DNA from: a virus
Taxonomy: Duplodnaviria; Caudoviricetes
DNA: 52,948 nt
Virus record (IMG/VR): IMGVR_UViG_3300020171_000037
Span: 1-52,948 of that record
Reading direction: 5' to 3' (one strand)
Under the pieces are notes generated by a model. It searched no databases, was not told the DNA's origin, and saw only the letters and a program-made list of their open reading frames with translations. Position 1 is the first letter of the stretch. The number at the start of each line of letters is the position of its first letter. A program made the translations under genes and the position numbers. Shown in pieces: positions 46,539 through 52,948 of this stretch.

Positions 46539-46847
46539 ATGGAAAATCAAGTTTTAATTCTAAAGGACAAATACAAAGCTCATTATGGCATTAAGCTTTC
46601 AAGAACTGAAAAAAGAAGAGCTATTTTAGAGTTTAAAATATTTGAGGTTGAAGTTGAACCATTGATAAATGAGTTTGAAACTGAATTATTTGAAGATAAA
46701 ACTGAAAAAAGCTATGGTGATTTATACAAAAACAGCTTAGAAAAAATCACTAAACTATACGATTGGTTAAATATTCACAGGTTTAAAGTCATTGAAGTCG
46801 ATAATTATTTTTTTTCGAAAACATATCAACCAATTGAATCATTATGA
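46539..46847 (+). CDS. Hypothetical protein
   Basis: 102-aa ORF. Confidence 0.6.
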   Translation: MENQVLILKDKYKAHYGIKLSRTEKRRAILEFKIFEVEVEPLINEFETELFEDKTEKSYGDLYKNSLEKITKLYDWLNIHRFKVIEVDNYFFSKTYQPIESL

Positions 46848-47236
46848 TCACAAAACAGGACGTAGATTTTCAAATCAGCTCAATAAACGAGCTTTATGAC
46901 GACTTCATAGTTTATGTTGATTCGATAAACATAACCGATTCAAACGAATTGGTTTATGTAACTTCGGACACGTTACTTTCGGCGGTTAAAAAGTGTAAAG
47001 AAACATCAATTCAAAGCCTTGAAGAACAAAAAAGGGATTCTTTAACTGAGTATTCATATACTTCAAATTCAGATTCTACTTTGTTTAATATTTGCTTTGA
47101 AATCTATGGAACTGTTAATGAAGAAAACATTGAACAATTAATAGTTGCTAATGATTTGCAAGCATTGAATAGGTTAGATATTAATCCAATGAATCCAATG
47201 ATTAAGAAAAACACCAAAATAATTTACTATAAATAA
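46844..47236 (+). CDS. Tail/baseplate protein with LysM-like C-terminus
   Basis: TLFNICFEIYG..EQLIVAND..IKKNTKI pattern; precedes the hub gene. Confidence 0.55.
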   Translation: MITKQDVDFQISSINELYDDFIVYVDSINITDSNELVYVTSDTLLSAVKKCKETSIQSLEEQKRDSLTEYSYTSNSDSTLFNICFEIYGTVNEENIEQLIVANDLQALNRLDINPMNPMIKKNTKIIYYK

Positions 47237-48165
47237 TGGCTAAATTGGTATTAAATATTGACGGTAAGGATTTGCAGTTATTCGATAATTTCGCTTATTC
47301 AGCTCAAATTGACGGCGGCGCAAGTTCAACTTCATTTAATTCATTCATTGATTTAGCTACGTTTGATTATTTACCAATTTCGATAAAAAGAAATGATGTT
47401 TTAATTTTTACAGGTGAAATCATAAGTAAATCAATTCCAAGGGAAACACCACCAAAGCCTTTTAATTATAAAGCCGAAAGTCTTACTCACATTTTATTTG
47501 AATCAACATTACCAACCGAGGCATACCCATTACAGCTTGAAAATTCAACACTCAAAGATATTGTTGAATATATTTGTTCATTCTTTGAAATTACCGTAAT
47601 CTTTGATAAATCAAGCGAAAGTGAAGCAAAAGCGGGTTATCCATTAGCGGATTTAGGTATTGGAAAAACAGCCGGGGAAATCATTAACGGATTAATTACT
47701 CAGGTAGGTTTGATATTGTCGCACAATTCAGAGGGTAATTTGATAATAACTAAGTCAATAGAACAATCCGAAATCATTTTGCCAAAATTTACAAGCGATA
47801 ACAAGCAATTTGATCTTAAAAAGTTTTTTCACAATTACATCGCATTAGGTCAAGCTCCGATAGGTGAAGATGCCGACATTCAGGCAATCGCTAAGTTTGA
47901 TAACATTGATAAAAGACGCAATATCACTCAAATTCAAGATAGTGGTGGAATTGATACGGTTGAAAAGAAAGCCTTTGGAATGAGAGCTGATAGTTTGAAA
48001 TCAATTCAACAATCATTGACATTTAATAACTTTTTTTGCAATATCGGCGACTTTGTTATGATTAATGATTATAAATTAATCGTTAATCAAATAGATTATT
48101 CATTCAATTCAAGTGGTGAAACTGCAACAATTTCATTACTTGATAGTCAAATTTATGTAAGATGA
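47236..48165 (+). CDS. Baseplate hub protein (Mu gp44/P-like)
   Basis: LNIDGK start, IFTGEI, SEGNLII; synteny with the spike gene. Confidence 0.7.
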   Translation: MAKLVLNIDGKDLQLFDNFAYSAQIDGGASSTSFNSFIDLATFDYLPISIKRNDVLIFTGEIISKSIPRETPPKPFNYKAESLTHILFESTLPTEAYPLQLENSTLKDIVEYICSFFEITVIFDKSSESEAKAGYPLADLGIGKTAGEIINGLITQVGLILSHNSEGNLIITKSIEQSEIILPKFTSDNKQFDLKKFFHNYIALGQAPIGEDADIQAIAKFDNIDKRRNITQIQDSGGIDTVEKKAFGMRADSLKSIQQSLTFNNFFCNIGDFVMINDYKLIVNQIDYSFNSSGETATISLLDSQIYVR

Positions 48166-48680
48166 ACACATCCGGACACATAAAAGAATCAACTCAAGAT
48201 GAAAACGGGTTTAGACAATTCCTTATTAATTGCTTAGGTTCAAGCGATCAAAAGAAATACTTTTCAATTACTCCATTTGGTATTGATTACAATGCACCTG
48301 TAAACGTGAGATCGTTAACAACCGATTCAAGCAATAAAGATGTTAAATATAATTTGGGGGTTTTAAACAAGCTTAAAATTGATGATTTGGCACCGGGTGA
48401 AAGTGCAATTTTTTCAACAGATGAACCGGGTGAAACGATAATGAGTAAAATTGTTTTAAGAAATACAGGTGACATTGAGATTAATAAGGATTTAGACAAT
48501 GGGAGTATTTTAATTGGTGTGGATGGTTCAATTCAGGTAATCGCCAAAGCGGATGCTTCAATTACGGTTGACGGGAACGCTACAATTGAAGCAACCGGGG
48601 ACGTTAATTTAAATGCTGATGGTAACGTAATTGTAACAGCAACTCAATTTAGTGCAAATGGTAATTTAACAGTTGATTAA
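48162..48680 (+). CDS. Baseplate spike protein (Mu gp45-like)
   Basis: PFGIDYNAP, LAPGESAIFS, C-terminal beta-helix repeats. Confidence 0.75.
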   Translation: MNTSGHIKESTQDENGFRQFLINCLGSSDQKKYFSITPFGIDYNAPVNVRSLTTDSSNKDVKYNLGVLNKLKIDDLAPGESAIFSTDEPGETIMSKIVLRNTGDIEINKDLDNGSILIGVDGSIQVIAKADASITVDGNATIEATGDVNLNADGNVIVTATQFSANGNLTVD

Positions 48681-49063
48681 TGAAAGCGATAGCAGTTGAC
48701 GGCGCAACATTCATGCAAAATGACCCATTAGTGGTTTGCACTATTGCACCCGTGGGAGTACCATCAATTAAATGTAAAGCAGAAACTAAAGGAATTTTAA
48801 AAGATGGTTATAATATAATTGTTTCAGCAATTACAGTTCCAAGTGCAGGTGCATCGATACCAGATCCAGCATCATATCCGGTTGCATTTTCAACAACAGC
48901 AACAAAAGTAAAAGCGGACGGTACTTTGGTATTATTGGAGGGTGATTTAACCCCAACGATTAACGCGGTACCACAAATACCTGGTTCACCTCCAACACCT
49001 TACCCAGTTGCATTCAAGATTGAAATAAAAGTAGCAGGTCAAACTAAAGTAAAGGGAATATAA
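48680..49063 (+). CDS. PAAR-like spike tip protein
   Basis: KVKADGTLVLLEGD, Pro-rich, AGQTKVK; follows the spike gene. Confidence 0.6.
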   Translation: MKAIAVDGATFMQNDPLVVCTIAPVGVPSIKCKAETKGILKDGYNIIVSAITVPSAGASIPDPASYPVAFSTTATKVKADGTLVLLEGDLTPTINAVPQIPGSPPTPYPVAFKIEIKVAGQTKVKGI

Positions 49064-49066
49064 AAT

Positions 49067-49387
49067 ATGGAAAAAGACTTAAGTTTAGATGAAATTGCAA
49101 AAAGAATAACTAATGCAATTATGAATGAGCCTTATTTTGATAGGGATAGTTTAAACGGCATAATTAAGCCTATTTTAAAAATATGGCTAAAAAAAACAGA
49201 TTCTTTCAAAAGTCAAAAAGCTCCAAAAAGTAGATTACAAGAAACAATTGAAAATAGACAAATTCAATTAAAGTTTTGGTACAATAAAACCAAAGAACTT
49301 GTAAATGAAGACACAATGAAGAGTTATTACAAAGAGCTTGATGAAATATTAGTCAATGAAGGTTATAAACAACCATCTAATTTTTAA
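49067..49387 (+). CDS. Hypothetical protein
   Basis: 106-aa ORF. Confidence 0.6.
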   Translation: MEKDLSLDEIAKRITNAIMNEPYFDRDSLNGIIKPILKIWLKKTDSFKSQKAPKSRLQETIENRQIQLKFWYNKTKELVNEDTMKSYYKELDEILVNEGYKQPSNF

Positions 49388-49398
49388 AAAATAAAGAT

Positions 49399-50268
49399 AT
49401 GATTATAGTAACAGTAGATGGCAAGCGTTGGGCGGTCAAGTACATGCAAAACAAAGAAGACATTACTAATGATTTTGGCTCAACAGTATTTCAATATCCA
49501 AATTTCAATGGCTCTAAAGTACACCAGAACAGTACTTCATCTGATAAATATTCATTATCGTTTGCAATTCATAAAAACTTTTTTGTAGGGTTTAAAGAAT
49601 CCATTAAAAAATTTGTAATAAATGAAGAAGATGCAATTGAAGACCAGGAATATGGAAAATTGACCAATATTGTAATTGTTCATGATACTTGGGGGGCAAT
49701 TAAGGGTAAGTTTGTTGGAAATATAAAATATAATACGTCAAGCGATGGTGACATTATCTGTAATACTGTTTTTGTTGAGCATACTGAAGATAATGATACT
49801 GAGAAAAAAGACATTGAACAGGAAAACCAAGATGCAGCAAGTGAAGTCGATACTGAGACTAGCGAGGGCGAATTTGAAGAAGAAGATAGGCCGGCTCTTT
49901 TAAAGTTTCTTGACTGGCTTAATGCTCTTTATTCCAATATAAAAAATAGTGCAATTGTTGCGGCATTCAATGACTTAAAAAGTGCGCTAAATGAAGCGTT
50001 ATTGAATTTTCAAAAGATTATGAACGCGGTTAAAAAGATTTTAGCTTTGCCATTAGCTTTATTTGATGCAGTTGGCGACATTAAGCGCAAATTTGATCTA
50101 ATTAAAAAACAAGCTATGGTAATTAAAAACATGCCTAAAACCAGCTTTAATTTAGCTAAATTCAATGTTCAATGTTTAGCCTACAATACCAGAGTTTCAA
50201 GTAGAGTGCCATTTATTAATCCGGCCGCATTAAAAGCCGCTGCCGGGATAAAAACAGTTCCTTTGTAA
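49399..50268 (+). CDS. Possible Mu N-like (DNA circularization/tail) protein, N-terminal domain
   Basis: VFQYP..HDTWG..FVE pattern. Confidence 0.45.
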   Translation: MIIVTVDGKRWAVKYMQNKEDITNDFGSTVFQYPNFNGSKVHQNSTSSDKYSLSFAIHKNFFVGFKESIKKFVINEEDAIEDQEYGKLTNIVIVHDTWGAIKGKFVGNIKYNTSSDGDIICNTVFVEHTEDNDTEKKDIEQENQDAASEVDTETSEGEFEEEDRPALLKFLDWLNALYSNIKNSAIVAAFNDLKSALNEALLNFQKIMNAVKKILALPLALFDAVGDIKRKFDLIKKQAMVIKNMPKTSFNLAKFNVQCLAYNTRVSSRVPFINPAALKAAAGIKTVPL

Positions 50269-51134
50269 TGGCAAATTTCAGCATAAAGTCAGAGGGCTTA
50301 ATAGATTATACGCTTTCGTTACAAAAAATAAATAACGTTGCGTTACCTTTTGCCGTCCAAGAGGCTTTGAATGAAACTGTAAAAGACACTAAAAAAAGAA
50401 CCTTAGCAGAAACAACAAATAAAATGTTTGACGTTAAGCGTAAAGGCTTTTTTAAGGCAAATTCAGGCTTTAAACCATACAAGGCAAAGGAATTTGATTA
50501 CAACATAAACAAGATGCATGCTGATGTTGGTATGATTAAAGGCTCAAAACCAAATGAGCAAGCAACTGAACAAGTCGGACATCAACAAACAGCAAGCCCA
50601 ATTAAGCGAAGTATTAACCCGCTTGGAAATAAACCACAATCGAATAATGTTATTGACGTTTTGAGTAAAAAGCCTGAATTTTTTCAATGGAATGCGACTG
50701 CAACAAGCGATGAAAATAGAAATGATTCAATATATAGATTCATTAGGGGTGCAGCAAGGTCAAAAAAAGCAAATAGACCATTCGTAATTTTAAGTAGCAG
50801 TTCAGGTTCAGGAACGGTATATATGGTAGATAGATTTGAAAAAAACTCTAATTATTTAGGCAAAAGAAAAATTTATAACGATAAAAAAACCAGAGCTAGA
50901 CATAAGGAAGGTGTATTTATAAAAAAAGGGGCGGAAGGTTTAGAAATAACAGATAATAGGGTTCATTTAATAAATATGGTAAATGTGGCATCATATCGTA
51001 AAGGTGGACATTTAACGCTTAATAAAAAAGCTCCATTCATATTTGAAGCCGCTGCAAAGGCTGTTAAAGAGGGTATGAATGAAAACTTTATTAAAGCAGC
51101 CGAAAAGCAAATACAAAAAGCTTGGAAAAGATAA
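50268..51134 (+). CDS. Putative neck/tail completion protein
   Basis: Basic protein; PFAVQEALNET..PFIFEAA. Confidence 0.5.
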   Translation: MANFSIKSEGLIDYTLSLQKINNVALPFAVQEALNETVKDTKKRTLAETTNKMFDVKRKGFFKANSGFKPYKAKEFDYNINKMHADVGMIKGSKPNEQATEQVGHQQTASPIKRSINPLGNKPQSNNVIDVLSKKPEFFQWNATATSDENRNDSIYRFIRGAARSKKANRPFVILSSSSGSGTVYMVDRFEKNSNYLGKRKIYNDKKTRARHKEGVFIKKGAEGLEITDNRVHLINMVNVASYRKGGHLTLNKKAPFIFEAAAKAVKEGMNENFIKAAEKQIQKAWKR

Positions 51135-51157
51135 TTTGATTATTATTTTAGCCATGG

Positions 51158-51190
51158 AAAGCGGAATATTAATTTATTTCGCTTTTTTTT
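51158..51190 (+). terminator. Intrinsic terminator
   Basis: AAAGCGGAATA..TATTTCGCTTT followed by a T run. Confidence 0.6.
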
Positions 51191-51276
51191 ATTAAAAATA
51201 ATATGAAAAATGTTTTGTACATTAAATATATTTATTAATTTTGATTCATAAATGTGTTTAACTAAAAACAAAAAAC

Positions 51277-51465
51277 ATGATTTTAGAAGCAATTAAAGCT
51301 GAAATGTGGGACAAACACGAAAACCCAAATATTTTAGCAAAGAAATTTAAAGTAAAACCACCTCAAATGTATAATTACTTTAACGGGGTTAATAAACCGG
51401 GATTGGAAATGCTTGAAAGAATGTGTGAGCATTACGATTTAGAATTAACTAAAAAGGTAAAATAA
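51277..51465 (+). CDS. Cro/XRE-like HTH protein
   Basis: LAKKFKV..MYNYFNG..PGLEMLERM. Confidence 0.75.
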   Translation: MILEAIKAEMWDKHENPNILAKKFKVKPPQMYNYFNGVNKPGLEMLERMCEHYDLELTKKVK

Positions 51466-51472
51466 TTGAGTT

Positions 51473-52090
51473 ATGACAGAGCTAATGAAATTTGACGCTA
51501 ATAACAAAGCTACAATGAGTAGCAGGGAAATTGCAGAATTAACAGGTAAAGGACACAGACATGTATTAAGAGATATTGACAAACTCAATGAATACTATGA
51601 AAAATTAACCATGCCCAAATGTGAGCAGGGTTTTTATACACATGAAAGAACGGGAAACCAACAACACAAAGAGTATTTTCTTACTAAAATTCAAACGTTG
51701 GATTTAATGACTGGTTATAGCATTGAATTAAGAATTAAAGTAAATAGGCGTTGGGAAGAGTTGGAAACAAAAAAACAAATACCCACCACTTATAAAGATG
51801 CTTTGATAGCATTAGTTGCAAAAATCGAAGAAACAGAACAATTAGCCTTGCAAGTAAACAACTTAGAAACCGTTTTGGATATTCGCTTGGATTGGGTTTC
51901 AATAATCAAAATAGCTCAATTCAATAAAGTAAGTGAAAAGGCTTTTGATTGGCATATTCTAAAAACCAAATCAAAAGAGTTAGGTTATGAAATAAAAAGA
52001 GCCGAAAGCGTAAGGTATAAATACCAAAACTTATATCATTTGAATGTATTCAGGGCATGTTATCCAAAGTATAATTATAATTTAAAATAA
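51473..52090 (+). CDS. Rha-family phage regulatory protein
   Basis: MSSREIAELTGK.HRHVLRDI, LMTGYS..LR..RWEELE. Confidence 0.88.
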   Translation: MTELMKFDANNKATMSSREIAELTGKGHRHVLRDIDKLNEYYEKLTMPKCEQGFYTHERTGNQQHKEYFLTKIQTLDLMTGYSIELRIKVNRRWEELETKKQIPTTYKDALIALVAKIEETEQLALQVNNLETVLDIRLDWVSIIKIAQFNKVSEKAFDWHILKTKSKELGYEIKRAESVRYKYQNLYHLNVFRACYPKYNYNLK

Positions 52091-52108
52091 ACGCTAAAAA
52101 CTAAAACT

Positions 52109-52339
52109 ATGCAATCTATTCAGCCTTGGACTAGCGACAAATGCGATCCTCATAATGACATTCATGAAATGATTGAATTTGCTAAAAAACAAACATTCAA
52201 AAATTATAAAGAAGTTAGCATCCGCAAAAGTACTTTTGAAATGTACAAAAAGGCTACAGGATTAAATACATCACTCGAAATCGAAAATGAATACTACAAA
52301 AGATTTGATGAAAATATTAAAATAATAATTATAAAATAA
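52109..52339 (+). CDS. Hypothetical protein
   Basis: 76-aa ORF. Confidence 0.55.
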   Translation: MQSIQPWTSDKCDPHNDIHEMIEFAKKQTFKNYKEVSIRKSTFEMYKKATGLNTSLEIENEYYKRFDENIKIIIIK

Positions 52340-52356
52340 CACTAAAAACTAAGACT

Positions 52357-52638
52357 ATGCAAGATTTATTCAAAAGACATTATGAAGCAACCGTAAAACG
52401 CGGTCAAATTCGCAAAGACACTAAAACCATTGATTTTATAATGAAAATGGCAGAGGAGGACAATGAAGTATTAAGAGAAATGATTACCTATTCAGTAGGA
52501 ATGCCACCAAGCGAAGAATTAGTATCAGAGGTAATTGATAAAGCTATGGTTTGCTTCAATTTCTTACAACACATCGGAGTTGACATTGAATTGGCACTTT
52601 GTAGAAACACTATGAAACAGGAATCCAGAAAAGACTAA
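52357..52638 (+). CDS. MazG-like protein
   Basis: KMAEEDNEV..SEVID pattern. Confidence 0.5.
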   Translation: MQDLFKRHYEATVKRGQIRKDTKTIDFIMKMAEEDNEVLREMITYSVGMPPSEELVSEVIDKAMVCFNFLQHIGVDIELALCRNTMKQESRKD

Positions 52639-52642
52639 ATTT

Positions 52643-52861
52643 ATGATACTGCAAGAACTAGCTCAAGCCGAAATAAACCGATTGAACAAATCAATTGAGA
52701 TTTTAAACGAAACAGTGCCAACGAATGTATTTTTAGGACATTTTTTCATTCAAAATTCAATAGCCAAAAAGCAAATGAGAATAAGGCAAATTCAAGATGA
52801 ATTAAAACACATAAACGAGGCCAAACCGGCTTACATATCGAATGACGAAATATACTTTTGA
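52643..52861 (+). CDS. Hypothetical protein
   Basis: 72-aa ORF. Confidence 0.5.
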   Translation: MILQELAQAEINRLNKSIEILNETVPTNVFLGHFFIQNSIAKKQMRIRQIQDELKHINEAKPAYISNDEIYF

Positions 52862-52948
52862 ATTGCGGGACCAAAACTGGAAAATGAATAATTTTCTAAT
52901 ACTTGAAATGGACTTTTATGTTTATTGGCATGTACCGTTTCATTGGTT

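Noticed and set aside
708-48499. Minus-strand ORFs in the track (e.g. 708-1031, 17182-17466, 18654-19226, 21358-21948, 37710-38222)
   Set aside because: They overlap well-supported + strand genes, have no recognisable motifs, and look like antisense shadows.

Overview
An AT-rich tailed phage genome (or most of one), with essentially all genes on the + strand. The host is probably Bacteroidota (TAnnTTTG promoter boxes, A-rich starts with few Shine-Dalgarno motifs). It has a lambda-like head module (TerS, GpA-type TerL, portal, ClpP-like protease, decoration protein, capsid), a Mu-like contractile tail and baseplate split into two distant blocks, a lysis module, a recombination/replication module (SbcC-like ATPase, RecT, MBL hydrolase, DnaB, RuvC-like) and several antirepressor-type genes. 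The main finding is a ~7.6 kb integron-like system between terS and terL. Ten attC-like hairpin sites (…AAC-arm-loop-arm-GTT…) separate ten gene cassettes: two C5 DNA methyltransferases, a MazG-like enzyme, RtcB and small unknowns. A half-site and a 271-aa tyrosine recombinase follow; the recombinase appears to lack the IntI-specific insertion. In 10/10 cassettes the GTT flank pairs with the AAC flank at the other end of the same gene, the signature of cassettes that circularise. Genes run toward the recombinase, opposite to the usual integron layout, and some start inside their attC-like site. The genome also carries a circularly permuted (two-piece) tmRNA gene and a kissing-loop RNA element upstream of an antirepressor. 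All protein calls come from motif recognition by eye; no searches were run.
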